Made by a program: the position numbers and the translations under genes
Notes under the pieces: model-generated
Told to the model about the DNA's origin: nothing
What the model saw: the letters and a program-made list of their open reading frames with translations, nothing else
Databases searched by the model: none
NCBI RefSeq assembly: GCF_013294015.1
Contig: NZ_JABSNO010000003.1
Location: 78,746-142,745, forward strand
Direction: 5' to 3'
DNA: 64,000 nt
Source: Frigoriflavimonas asaccharolytica
GTDB taxonomy: Bacteria; Bacteroidota; Bacteroidia; Flavobacteriales; Weeksellaceae
Shown here: piece after piece, positions 50,265-60,341 of the stretch
Position numbering within the stretch: position 1 is the stretch's first letter
Layout: every line of letters starts with the position of its first letter

Positions 50265-51701
50265 ATGTTAAAAAAATCTTTAATTATTTGCAGTATTTCC
50301 GTAGCATATTTTATACATGCTCAAGATGCTTCTACAATTACTAATACAATCGATGTATATTCAAATGGAGCTATGCAAGGTTCTGCTAAATATAATGCAA
50401 TGGTAGGTTCTACTGGAGCTTTAGGCGGAGATGGAACATCTTTACTAAACAATCCTGCAGGTTTGGGTGTTGCAATCTCAGGAAGTTTTTCTGGAACTCT
50501 GGTAGTAGACAATTATAAAAATACAAGTAATTTACAGGGGAATTCTTTTGGTTATAAAAATACCAATACAGATGGTAATTTTAGTGGTATTACAACATTT
50601 CAATTGTTGACGGAATCTCCTTGGAAGTTTGTAAACGTGGGAATTAATTACACAAGTCAAAATTTAGATAATTATGTAGAAACACCTGGTAATTCTAATA
50701 TCAAATTGCAGAAAAATTTATTAGATTCTAATAATAATGCAGTGACTGGAAATTTATCTTATCTAAGACACGCTTACAATAGAACAGGAAATTTATCTAA
50801 GTTAGGAATTGGAGTAGGTGCAAATTATGACAATAGATTGTATGTAGGAATTGGATTAAATATCCATTCCGCAGAAGTTACACAATACGATTCTGCTGCT
50901 TTTGGTTTGGATCTAGATAATTCTGTTACAAATTTTGACAAGCAATTTACCCCTTTTTCCGAATCTAGTAGTGGGTTTTCTGCGAATGTTGGGGTTATTG
51001 GAAAAATTACCAATACCTTGAGACTTGGTGCAGCTATAGAATCGCCAACATTCTGGAATATTCAGAGGGTTTTTTCAGAATATTATGAAGATAATTCTGG
51101 TTTTATTTCATATGAGAATTTCACAGAAGATAGAACATTAACTACACCAATGAAGGCAATATTAAGCGCTTCGCTAGTTCCTACCAAAAATTTTGCAGTA
51201 AATGTAGATTATACAATTGGGGTTACTAAATCTAAATATAAAAATCAAGGTCCTGCTGAACAAGAACTAAATGATTTCTTTAAAGAAAATTCTAAAAATA
51301 CTTCGGAAATTAAAGTTGGTGCTGAATATAGAATTAAGGCATTGCGTTTGAGAGGTGGATACGCTTATGCAGCAAATCCGTTTGATGAAATTTCTCTATC
51401 TGCATACAATGCTGCAGGAATTGCGGGAACAGCATCATCTGATAATTTATTTTTAGGAAGTAGAAATACAATTGGTGCAGGAATTGGATATGATTGGAAA
51501 TCGTTTTTTCTAGATGCTGCATATCAAAACATTAATTCTAAATATGATAGCCCTTTTCTTGCAGGTACTGTTGGGACTCCTAGTCAAATAGGAACTGGCT
51601 ACTATTCGCAAGATTTTGATGCTACAAATCCAGTATCCGCGGTTTCTCAAGTAGAAAACAAAAGAAATTTATTTTCTTTAACGCTTGGTTGGAAATTCTA
51701 A
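50265..51701 (+). CDS. FadL/TodX/PorV-like outer membrane beta-barrel protein
   Basis: Signal peptide. N-terminal NPAGLGV motif typical of the FadL-like family. Alternating beta-strand pattern ending in aromatic residue F. Confidence 0.45.
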   Translation: MLKKSLIICSISVAYFIHAQDASTITNTIDVYSNGAMQGSAKYNAMVGSTGALGGDGTSLLNNPAGLGVAISGSFSGTLVVDNYKNTSNLQGNSFGYKNTNTDGNFSGITTFQLLTESPWKFVNVGINYTSQNLDNYVETPGNSNIKLQKNLLDSNNNAVTGNLSYLRHAYNRTGNLSKLGIGVGANYDNRLYVGIGLNIHSAEVTQYDSAAFGLDLDNSVTNFDKQFTPFSESSSGFSANVGVIGKITNTLRLGAAIESPTFWNIQRVFSEYYEDNSGFISYENFTEDRTLTTPMKAILSASLVPTKNFAVNVDYTIGVTKSKYKNQGPAEQELNDFFKENSKNTSEIKVGAEYRIKALRLRGGYAYAANPFDEISLSAYNAAGIAGTASSDNLFLGSRNTIGAGIGYDWKSFFLDAAYQNINSKYDSPFLAGTVGTPSQIGTGYYSQDFDATNPVSAVSQVENKRNLFSLTLGWKF

Positions 51702-51725
51702 AATAAAAATTGGTATTAAATTATG

Positions 51726-51756
51726 AAGCTCTGGATTTTTCCAGAGCTTTTTTTAT
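51726..51756 (+). terminator. rho-independent terminator after the OMP gene
   Basis: aagctctgga/tccagagctt hairpin plus T-run. Confidence 0.55.
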
Positions 51757-52445
51757 TAATGTACATGAAAAAAATGCAAACAAAATCCCGCAGCAATTCC
51801 TAACAGCACTGCTCCAGTTTTTTCCCAATCTATATTGTGATTTTTATTGCTCTCAAAAATAATAACAGAAGATATATGCAGAAATATACCAGCTACTATT
51901 GCTAGAAAATATGTTTGGTATTCTGGATTGATAAATTTGCCTAAAAACATTCCTAAAGGTGATGCCAAGGCAAAAAGAATAATAATAATCCAAGATGTAG
52001 CGTTGAATTTTTTATTTTTAAATAAAAAAGCACCTAATATAAAAGAAATAGGAATATTGTGGATTAATATTCCCTGCAAAAATGGCGAGAATAGTGTGCT
52101 CTCATCTGCAAGTGGAATTCCCTCTATAAATGCATGTATGAATAATCCAAACATCAAAGTTATGGGTAAAATTCCTTCTTCCGTTGGATGATGAAAGTGC
52201 CCGTGTTCAAAGCCTTTTGTAAATATTTCTAACAGCATTTGCAGCAAAACGCCACCTATTACAAAAAATGCGATATGTGGTTTTCCAGAAAGATAAATTT
52301 CGGGAAAAATTTCGTTTAGACAGACTGTGATTAGAAATCCTGCGCTTAAAATTAGAATAAATTTTGCCAATTTTTTCTGCTGTCCAAAAAATTTACCAAG
52401 CATTATACCAATAAAAACACTCGATATTAATAGTATTGCAATCAT
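51756..52445 (-). CDS. ZIP family metal (zinc) transporter
   Basis: Polytopic. His-rich loop (HGHFHHPTEEG) and conserved ZIP TM motifs (HNIPISFILGAF). Confidence 0.8.
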   Translation of the reverse strand: MIAILLISSVFIGIMLGKFFGQQKKLAKFILILSAGFLITVCLNEIFPEIYLSGKPHIAFFVIGGVLLQMLLEIFTKGFEHGHFHHPTEEGILPITLMFGLFIHAFIEGIPLADESTLFSPFLQGILIHNIPISFILGAFLFKNKKFNATSWIIIILFALASPLGMFLGKFINPEYQTYFLAIVAGIFLHISSVIIFESNKNHNIDWEKTGAVLLGIAAGFCLHFFHVH

Positions 52446-53194
52446 TTTCTTTTAAATATAGTAATGCACCTTGGTGAAATTTGATTGTCAAAATTATTTA
52501 ATTGATAATCTCCAAACAGTTTTACTCTTTCAAAGTTAAATTTTTTCGATATCATTTCTATTTCATTTTCTGTGTGCAATTTCACTTTTTCGAAAAAATG
52601 AAAGTCCTGTCCATTGTCTGTAAATCTAATATCTTTTATTATATGTTGATTTTCAATTCTTTTAGAAATTTTAAAAGTGATGTTATCTTTTACGATTGTA
52701 TGCTCCTCTTGCAAATTATTTTTCACAAAAGTTTCATTTAAAAAATCTAAAACAAAAAAGCCACTATCTTTTAAGATTCCATCCACGGATTGGAAAACTT
52801 TTTCATCATCTTCCAAACTTTCAAAATAGCCAAAACTTGTGAAAAGATTGAACACAGCATCTACTTTTTCAGTGATGATTTTTCCAAAAATTGGTTCACG
52901 CATATCATGAACTTCAAAGGATACTTTAGAACTTGCTCCATACTTTTCTGCTAAAATTTTGTTGTGATTGATGCTTTCTTCAGATAAATCTAATCCCAAA
53001 ACGTCAAATCCCAATTTATATAAGAAAAGAGAATGTCTTCCCTTTCCGCAAGCCAAATCAATTATTTTAGAACCGTTTTTTAGATCTAAATCTTTGACTA
53101 ACAATGAAATAAAATTTTCTGCTTCTGCAAAATCCCTGTCTTTATAAAGAATATGATAATAAGGTGTATTAAACCAATTTTTAAACCAAGTCAT
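52442..53194 (-). CDS. class I SAM-dependent methyltransferase
   Basis: IIDLACGKGRHS glycine-rich motif I and DLSEE motif II. Confidence 0.7.
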   Translation of the reverse strand: MTWFKNWFNTPYYHILYKDRDFAEAENFISLLVKDLDLKNGSKIIDLACGKGRHSLFLYKLGFDVLGLDLSEESINHNKILAEKYGASSKVSFEVHDMREPIFGKIITEKVDAVFNLFTSFGYFESLEDDEKVFQSVDGILKDSGFFVLDFLNETFVKNNLQEEHTIVKDNITFKISKRIENQHIIKDIRFTDNGQDFHFFEKVKLHTENEIEMISKKFNFERVKLFGDYQLNNFDNQISPRCITIFKRK

Positions 53195-53224
53195 TTTGCA
53201 AAAATAGATTAAATTTGCAAAACT

Positions 53225-54403
53225 ATGAATACAGATAACTTACAAATTCAGATAAAAACATTTTTCGGATTAGAACCTATCCTTGCAGAAGAGATAAAAA
53301 AACTGGGCGGGAAAAACGTAGAGATTAAAAATAGAGCCGTAAACTGCGAAGGAGATCTTGGCTTTCTATACAAAATTAATTATTCCGCGAGAACAGCTTT
53401 GAAGATAATGGTTCCATTAATGACTTTTAAAGCATGGGACGAAGATCGTTTCTATGATAAATTAGTCAAATTTGAGTGGGACGAATATTTAGATATAGAC
53501 CAAACTTTTGCCATAGATGCAACCGTATATTCGGAGAGATTTAAGCATTCTCAGTATATGTCTTTGAAAATGAAAGATGCTATTGTAGATTATTACAAGG
53601 CAAAATACAATTCCAGACCAGATGTAGATGCGAAAAATCCACAAATAAAATTTCATTTACATATTGATAGAGAATTAGTGACTATTTCTTTGGATTCTTC
53701 CGGAGATGCTTTGTACAAAAGAGGTTACAGACAAGATCATGGAGATGCACCCATCAATGAAGTTTTGGCTTCTGGGATGTTGCAACTTTCTGGTTGGGAC
53801 GGAAAAGGCAATTTCTTGGATCCAATGTGTGGATCTGGAACTTTATTAATAGAAGCTGCAATGATAGCGATGGATCTGCCTGCACAAATTTTCCGAAAAG
53901 AATTTTCTTTTCAAAATTGGAAAAATTATGATCATGCTTTGTTTACAGAAATAAAAGAAGCAAGAGTAAATAAATTAAAAGATTTCACAGGTAAAATTGT
54001 TGGTTATGATATTAATCCAGAGATGATTGCAGCTACAGAAATTAACATTAGAAATGCGGAGATGGAAGATGTGATAGAGGTGAGGCAACAAGATTTCTTT
54101 GAAAGTAAAAAAGAACTTTTCCCATTGCACATTGTATTCAATCCGCCTTACGACGAGCGTTTAGAAATTTCTGATACAGATTTTTATCAAAAAATTGGAG
54201 ATACCTTCAAGCATAAATACCCAAATACATTGGCGTGGTTTATATCTGCAGATTTGGATGCCTTGAAAAAAGTTGGTTTAAGACCGAGTAGAAAAATTAA
54301 ACTATTTAATGGGAAATTAGAATGCAGATTCTTGCAATACGAAATGTACGAAGGCACCAAACGAACGCATAAATTTGAAGATAAAAAAGAGGAAGAATCT
54401 TAA
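53225..54403 (+). CDS. THUMP-domain class I SAM-dependent RNA methyltransferase (RlmL/RlmK-like)
   Basis: N-terminal THUMP-like region. DPMCGSGTLLIEAA motif I and NPPYDERL (N/D-PPY) motif IV. Confidence 0.75.
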   Translation: MNTDNLQIQIKTFFGLEPILAEEIKKLGGKNVEIKNRAVNCEGDLGFLYKINYSARTALKIMVPLMTFKAWDEDRFYDKLVKFEWDEYLDIDQTFAIDATVYSERFKHSQYMSLKMKDAIVDYYKAKYNSRPDVDAKNPQIKFHLHIDRELVTISLDSSGDALYKRGYRQDHGDAPINEVLASGMLQLSGWDGKGNFLDPMCGSGTLLIEAAMIAMDLPAQIFRKEFSFQNWKNYDHALFTEIKEARVNKLKDFTGKIVGYDINPEMIAATEINIRNAEMEDVIEVRQQDFFESKKELFPLHIVFNPPYDERLEISDTDFYQKIGDTFKHKYPNTLAWFISADLDALKKVGLRPSRKIKLFNGKLECRFLQYEMYEGTKRTHKFEDKKEEES

Positions 54404-54541
54404 TATTTAATAGAAAAAACATTAAATTTATACAAAATTTCCAAATCAGAGGAATTTAATAAACTTTTAAGGCTAAAATTAAATCTATTATGCTGAAAAT
54501 AGTATTATAAATTTTATCTTTGTATTTTAAAATAAGAGCGT

Positions 54542-55519
54542 ATGTACGAAAAATTAGTTAGGAAAGAAGTGATGAAAATGCTAGACGGAAACGTGATGGG
54601 CTACATCAATGATTTTCTGACACCTATAGAAAAAATTTGGCAACCTTCGGATTATCTTCCAGATCCAACGAGTTCCAATTTCCAGTATGAAGTTGAGGAG
54701 TTGCAAACATTTGCAAGAGAAATGCCGTATGATCTTTTTGTAACATTGATTGGAGATTGCATTACCGAAGAAGCTCTTCCATCCTATGAAACTTGGATTA
54801 TGGGAATAGAAGGTATAGACCAACACAATGGTAATAATTGGTCTAAATGGGTAAGATCTTGGACTGCTGAAGAAAATAGACATGGAGATTTACTCAATAA
54901 ATATTTGTATTTGTGTGGAAGAGTAAATATGCGAGAAATGGAAGTTACTACGCAATATTTAATCGCAGATGGCTTTGATTTAGGTACTGCAAACGATCCT
55001 TACAAAAACTTTGTTTATACAAGCTTTCAAGAAACAGCAACTAATATTTCACATAGAAGAGTAGGAACTTTAGCAAAGCAATCTGGTAACAAAAAATTGG
55101 CTCAAATGTGTGGTCTAATTGCTGCAGATGAAGCCAGACACGCAAAAGCATATTCTCACTTTGTAAAAGAAATTTTCAAATTAGATCCATCAGAAATGAT
55201 GATTGCGTTTGAAGAAATGATGAGAAATAAAATTGTAATGCCTGCACATTTAATGCGTCAATCCGGACAAAAAGCTGGTGAACTTTGGGAGCATTTTTCG
55301 GATGCTGCACAAAGATGTTCCGTTTATACTGGTCAGGATTACATCAATATATTGAGCGATCTTTTGCAAGATTGGAAAATTGAACATATCGATGGTTTGA
55401 GCGAGAAGGCACAAAAAGCACAAGAATATCTGATGAAACTACCGAAAAGATTACAAAAAATTACGGAAAGAATGGCAACGCCAGATAGAGATTGTACTTT
55501 TAAATGGGTGGCAATCTAA
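54542..55519 (+). CDS. soluble acyl-ACP desaturase (di-iron, plant/actinobacterial DesA-type)
   Basis: Two E...EENRHG / E...DEARHA di-iron ligand motifs in a 325-aa soluble protein. Confidence 0.8.
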   Translation: MYEKLVRKEVMKMLDGNVMGYINDFLTPIEKIWQPSDYLPDPTSSNFQYEVEELQTFAREMPYDLFVTLIGDCITEEALPSYETWIMGIEGIDQHNGNNWSKWVRSWTAEENRHGDLLNKYLYLCGRVNMREMEVTTQYLIADGFDLGTANDPYKNFVYTSFQETATNISHRRVGTLAKQSGNKKLAQMCGLIAADEARHAKAYSHFVKEIFKLDPSEMMIAFEEMMRNKIVMPAHLMRQSGQKAGELWEHFSDAAQRCSVYTGQDYINILSDLLQDWKIEHIDGLSEKAQKAQEYLMKLPKRLQKITERMATPDRDCTFKWVAI

Positions 55520-55546
55520 TATTTTTTTCATAAAGATAATATAGAG

Positions 55547-55575
55547 GTGATGGATTTATTCCATCACTTTTTTTA
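55547..55575 (+). terminator. rho-independent terminator after desaturase gene
   Basis: gtgatgga/tccatcac hairpin followed by ttttttt. Confidence 0.6.
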
Positions 55576-55607
55576 TTTCGTATATTTGCAATTCAAACAC
55601 TCAAAGT

Positions 55608-56039
55608 ATGAAAAGCAACAAAAAATTAGCAATTGATTTTGACGGTACCGTAGTTCATGACGGTTACCCAGGTATAGGAAAGCCGAGAACATTCGCATTT
55701 GAAACTTTAAAAAAATTACAATCTGAAGGATATAGATTAATTTTATGGACCTACAGAAGTGGAAAATATTTGGATGAAGCTGTAGAATTTTGCAAAGATA
55801 ATGGCCTGATATTTTATGCCATCAATTCCAGTTTTGAAGGAGAAGTATTTGATATTCAATCACAATCTAGAAAAATAGATGCAGATCTTTTTATAGATGA
55901 TCGTAATTTAGGTGGATTTCCTGGTTGGGGAGAAATCTATAATATCATCACAGATAAAATTGAATTTCGTGTAGAAGGTAATGAAGTTCTTGCCTATTCT
56001 AAAATGAAAAAAGAGAAGAAAAAAGGTCTTTTCTGGTAG
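55608..56039 (+). CDS. small HAD-superfamily-like hydrolase
   Basis: IDFDGTV motif I (DxDGT) near the N-terminus. 143 aa. Confidence 0.5.
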   Translation: MKSNKKLAIDFDGTVVHDGYPGIGKPRTFAFETLKKLQSEGYRLILWTYRSGKYLDEAVEFCKDNGLIFYAINSSFEGEVFDIQSQSRKIDADLFIDDRNLGGFPGWGEIYNIITDKIEFRVEGNEVLAYSKMKKEKKKGLFW

Positions 56040-56121
56040 TATTAAAACAATTTAAAATTTACGAGTTTCGCAATATAACAATTGTATCTCTTTTAAATTT
56101 TCACATTATTAAATTTATTAA

Positions 56122-56934
56122 ATGATCAAATTAAAATCCCTAGAAGAAATCTATATCATGCGAGAAAGTGCGCAATTGGTTTCTAAAACTTTGGGTATGC
56201 TCGCAAAAGAAATAAAACCAGGATGCACAACTTTGCATTTAGACAATCTAGGTGCAGAATTTATCCGTGATAATGGTGGCGTTCCTGCATTTTTAGGCCT
56301 GTATGGTTTTCCAAAAAATTTATGCATTTCGCCAAACGAAGAAGTTGTGCATGGAATACCAAATGAAAAACCATTGGAAGAAGGTGATATTCTTTCTGTA
56401 GATTGTGGCGTACTGATGAATGGATATGTCGGAGATCATGCTTATTCTTTTGAAGTAGGAAATGCGAAACCGGAAACTAAAAAATTATTGAAAATAACTA
56501 AAGAATCATTGTACAAAGGTATCGAGCAGTGTGTGCGCGGAAAGAGAATAGGAGATATTTCTTACGCGATACAATCTTACTGCGAAAATAATGGATATGG
56601 TGTAGTGAAAGAATTGGTAGGACATGGATTGGGAAAAGAAATGCACGAAGATCCATCGGTTCCAAACTATGGAAGAAGAGGAAGTGGAAAAGTGATAAAA
56701 GATGGCTTGACAATCGCGATTGAACCCATGATAAATCTTGGAACAGATAAAGTGAAATTCCATAGTGATGGTTGGACGGTTACAAGTTTAGACAATTCTC
56801 CATCTGCACATTTTGAGCATAATGTGGCCGTTATAAACGGAAAACCAGTTTTACTTTCCACATTTAAATTCATTTATGAAGCTTTGGGAATAGAAAGTGA
56901 TGAGGAAGAACCTTTCTTTTATGATTTTTCTTAA
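56122..56934 (+). CDS. map: type I methionine aminopeptidase
   Basis: Pita-bread fold metal ligands (DCGVLMNGYVGD, HGLG, EPM). Confidence 0.9.
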   Translation: MIKLKSLEEIYIMRESAQLVSKTLGMLAKEIKPGCTTLHLDNLGAEFIRDNGGVPAFLGLYGFPKNLCISPNEEVVHGIPNEKPLEEGDILSVDCGVLMNGYVGDHAYSFEVGNAKPETKKLLKITKESLYKGIEQCVRGKRIGDISYAIQSYCENNGYGVVKELVGHGLGKEMHEDPSVPNYGRRGSGKVIKDGLTIAIEPMINLGTDKVKFHSDGWTVTSLDNSPSAHFEHNVAVINGKPVLLSTFKFIYEALGIESDEEEPFFYDFS

Positions 56935-56949
56935 TATTAAAACTTTAGT

Positions 56950-57717
56950 TTGAAAAAAATTTCTAAATTTATTTTAAATAAAATTCCAAGACCTTTTCTC
57001 ATCTCGTTAAGTGTTTTTTTTCGTCCCTTGATCATTCTATTTTTTAAAGGAAATAAATTTACAGATCCTATAGATGGGAATTCTTACCGAAAATTTTTGC
57101 CTTATGGTTACGGAAAATCTCGTGAAAACGCGCTTTCGCCCGGAACTTTAAGTTTGGAACGTCACCGCCAGATGTGGCTTTTTCTTGAAAATGAAACTGA
57201 ATTTTTCACAAAAAATTTAAAGGTTTTGCATATTGCCCCAGAGCAAGAATTTCTTCGCAAATTCAAAAAAATGAAAAATTTGGACTATACTTCTGCAGAT
57301 TTATATTCGCCAATTGTAGATGTGAAAGCAGATATTTTGAATTTACCATTTGCGGATGAAACTTATGACGTTGTTTTCTGCAATCATGTTTTAGAACATA
57401 TAGAAGACGATGCAAAGGCAATGAGCGAACTTTATCGAGTGATGAAAAAAGGAAGTTGGGGCATTTTTCAAGTTCCGATGAAAAATTCTTTAGCCAAAAC
57501 TTTTGAAGATTTTACAATCACAGATCCGAAAGAACGTCAGAAACATTTCGGACAGTATGATCACGTTCGTTGGTATGGTTTAGATTATTTTGATAGGTTG
57601 CGAAATTCAGGATTTCAAACAGAAATTTCATATTATTCTCAAAAATTTTCATCTGAAGAAATTGAAAAATTTGGATTGATGAAAAACGAAATTTTGCCAG
57701 TGGTCTATAAAAATTAA
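56950..57717 (+). CDS. class I SAM-dependent methyltransferase (type 11-like)
   Basis: Motifs VLHIAPEQ and VVFCNHVLEHIEDD...MKKGSWG. Confidence 0.65.
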   Translation: MKKISKFILNKIPRPFLISLSVFFRPLIILFFKGNKFTDPIDGNSYRKFLPYGYGKSRENALSPGTLSLERHRQMWLFLENETEFFTKNLKVLHIAPEQEFLRKFKKMKNLDYTSADLYSPIVDVKADILNLPFADETYDVVFCNHVLEHIEDDAKAMSELYRVMKKGSWGIFQVPMKNSLAKTFEDFTITDPKERQKHFGQYDHVRWYGLDYFDRLRNSGFQTEISYYSQKFSSEEIEKFGLMKNEILPVVYKN

Positions 57718-57723
57718 TGAAAT

Positions 57724-57752
57724 TTAAGAAGTCAAAATTTAAAACTTCTTTT
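57724..57752. terminator. possible bidirectional hairpin terminator
   Basis: aagaagt...acttctt hairpin with weak T tail. Confidence 0.35.
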
Positions 57753-57814
57753 AATTGAAATTTAAAAAAAGTTTTATGGCATTTTGTGTGTAAGTTGAAT
57801 ACGTTTTATTTAAA

Positions 57815-58984
57815 TTAATCCACAATTCTGCGTTCGATATCCATTGGCAATCTTGCTAAAAGTTCATAATTTAATTGATTGCTAAATTCGCTAAAGGAAG
57901 AAACTGTCAACTCTTGATCGCCTTGTTTACCTATTAAAACCACTTCATCGCCAATTTTTGCATTGGGCAGATTCGTAATATCAATAGTTAGCATATTCAT
58001 ATTTATCGTACCAATCACATCTTCCCGATTTCCATTTATTAAAACCTTACCCTGATTGCTTAAACCTCTAGCATAGCCAAAAGCATAACCAACTGGTAAG
58101 ATGGCTATTTTTGTAGGAATATTGGTGTAAAATGCGGTACCATAACCAATAAATTCACCCGCTTTCACAATTTTGGTTTCTATAATATTTGTTTTCCAAG
58201 AAATTACACGCTTCAAAGGATTTTCTTGAATTTTATTTTTCAATGCGTAATATATAAAAGTTTCGTTGTTTGGAAAATATCCGTATTGCAAAATTCCAAC
58301 TCTTGCCATATCAAAAACATACTTTGGGTACCGAAGAATTCCAGCGGAACAAGCAACATGATATAGCGGTTTCAAATGCTCTTCTGTAGCAAATCTCTTT
58401 TTTATTTTTTTAAATACTTTTATCTGGTCAGCAATTCTCTTAAAATTCGTAACGCTTTCAGAACCTGCTAAATGCGTACAAACACCTTTTATTTCTAATA
58501 AATTTTCATTTTCCTTTATTAATGAAATTACTTTCTCCAAACGAGAAAAATCTATACCAGTCCGGTTCATTCCTGTTTCAAATTCTAAATGAATTTTCGC
58601 AGATTTTGATAGTTTTTTGGCACATTTCAAAGCTCTTTCCAGCGATGAAATATTGATGATATAAAATTCTACACCATTTTCTATGGCCCAAATCATTTCT
58701 GTTTTAGTTAAATTTCCTAAAATCAAAAGAGTATAATCACCATTGATAGCATTTAAAAATCTTTCAGCTTCTTGAGCTCCATAAAGAGAAAAATGCCTAA
58801 CTCCACAATCATATGCAAGTTGGCAATAGGTTTCTATATCGTGCCCATAAGCATTTCCTTTTACTACAGAAGATAAAATAGTTTTTTCGCCCAACATATT
58901 TTGGATGAAATCTATGTTGTTCTTCAATGCGCTTTTAGATAATTCTAGCCAAGAAGTAGTTTTTAGTTTAGATTGCATTTTCAA
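57815..58984 (-). CDS. alanine racemase family PLP enzyme
   Basis: VVKGNAYGHD matches the alanine racemase PLP-lysine signature (VVKANAYGHG). C-terminal beta domain. Confidence 0.7.
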   Translation of the reverse strand: MKMQSKLKTTSWLELSKSALKNNIDFIQNMLGEKTILSSVVKGNAYGHDIETYCQLAYDCGVRHFSLYGAQEAERFLNAINGDYTLLILGNLTKTEMIWAIENGVEFYIINISSLERALKCAKKLSKSAKIHLEFETGMNRTGIDFSRLEKVISLIKENENLLEIKGVCTHLAGSESVTNFKRIADQIKVFKKIKKRFATEEHLKPLYHVACSAGILRYPKYVFDMARVGILQYGYFPNNETFIYYALKNKIQENPLKRVISWKTNIIETKIVKAGEFIGYGTAFYTNIPTKIAILPVGYAFGYARGLSNQGKVLINGNREDVIGTINMNMLTIDITNLPNAKIGDEVVLIGKQGDQELTVSSFSEFSNQLNYELLARLPMDIERRIVD

Positions 58985-60107
58985 GAATTTTATAAAATAA
59001 AGTAGCGGCAGTTTCTGTAATTTCGTCTGGAAAATCGTAATCTGGATTATGCAAAGCTGGGCAATCTACTCCAGAACCAATACCAAACATTGCCCCAGAA
59101 ATTTTTTGGGTAAACAATCCAAAATCTTCTCCCCATTTAAAAGGATTTTCTAATTTTTGATGATTTAAATTTAAATTCTCCGCAGATTTTTTAATTATTT
59201 TCACCGCATTTTTATCGTTTTGATTAGAGAAAAACTCTTGTGTCCACGATGTTTTAATTTTTAAAGAATATTTTTCAGCGATTAGATCTAAATAGTTTTG
59301 CAAAATTTCTACACGTTTATCAAACCATTTTGGATCCCAACTTCTAATGGTTAAATGTAATTCTCCACTTCCTGCAGAAATACCATAATCTTTTGTTCCA
59401 AACTCCGAATAAATAGGGGTAATTAAAAAGAATTTGTCTTTTTTTACATCTTTTTCTGTCAATTTTTCGCAAAATTGTAAAATTTCGGAAATCGCTAATG
59501 CGGGATTTTCGCCATGTTCTGGTTCTGCTGCATGTGCTGTTCTGCCGTTTAATTCTATTATTAAACTTCTCACATTTGCGGTAAAAGCTCCAGATTTGTA
59601 TACTATTTTATTAAGTGGAATTCCTGGCAAATTGTGTAAAGCAAAAACCTGATTTATATTCAATTTTTTGAATACTTTATCTGCCATCACAGCTTTCGCG
59701 CCCGTTCCGTTTTCTTCGGCAGGTTGCCAAAGTAAAACTATTTTGCCTTTATTTATTGGTTTCTCTGTCAGCAATTCTGCAACGGCTAATAAAATCGTCG
59801 TATGTCCATCATGTCCACATTTATGAGAAACTTTTGGATCTGTAGATTTGTGCTCAAAATCGTTGGTTTCTGTTATTGGCAATGCATCAATATCTGCACG
59901 AAGCATTATTGTTTTACCTTTTTTTTTACCTTCAAAAGTTGCGATAATGCCAGTTCCCCCTACTTTAGAAATTTTTGCGTCTGTATTTTCTATTAGATAA
60001 TCAAATATTTTCTGGCAAGTTCGGAATTCTTGTGTTGATAATTCAGCAAAATTTTTGTGAAGGTCTTTGCGAATGAGCTCTAAATTTTTGAAAAGTGTTT
60101 TGGACAT
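58968..60107 (-). CDS. M20 family amidohydrolase (N-acyl-amino acid amidohydrolase/hippuricase-like)
   Basis: HKCGHDGH metal-binding motif. 17-bp overlap with the downstream racemase gene. Confidence 0.8.
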   Translation of the reverse strand: MSKTLFKNLELIRKDLHKNFAELSTQEFRTCQKIFDYLIENTDAKISKVGGTGIIATFEGKKKGKTIMLRADIDALPITETNDFEHKSTDPKVSHKCGHDGHTTILLAVAELLTEKPINKGKIVLLWQPAEENGTGAKAVMADKVFKKLNINQVFALHNLPGIPLNKIVYKSGAFTANVRSLIIELNGRTAHAAEPEHGENPALAISEILQFCEKLTEKDVKKDKFFLITPIYSEFGTKDYGISAGSGELHLTIRSWDPKWFDKRVEILQNYLDLIAEKYSLKIKTSWTQEFFSNQNDKNAVKIIKKSAENLNLNHQKLENPFKWGEDFGLFTQKISGAMFGIGSGVDCPALHNPDYDFPDEITETAATLFYKILENAI

Positions 60108-60341
60108 TTATTTTTGTTAGAATTTGAAGGTTCAATTCAAGAAGATTACCAACAAATTGAACACTTATTTCTCAAAAATAAGAAAATTATCTGTCAATTC
60201 TAAATTTACGCGGCAATAATATATTTTTTTGCTGATTAAAAATTCAAATGAAATGCACTAATTAGCTGCTAAAATATTATAGTTTACTCATAATTTCAGT
60301 AACTTTGTGAAATTAAATATTCATTAAAGAAAACGAAAATA

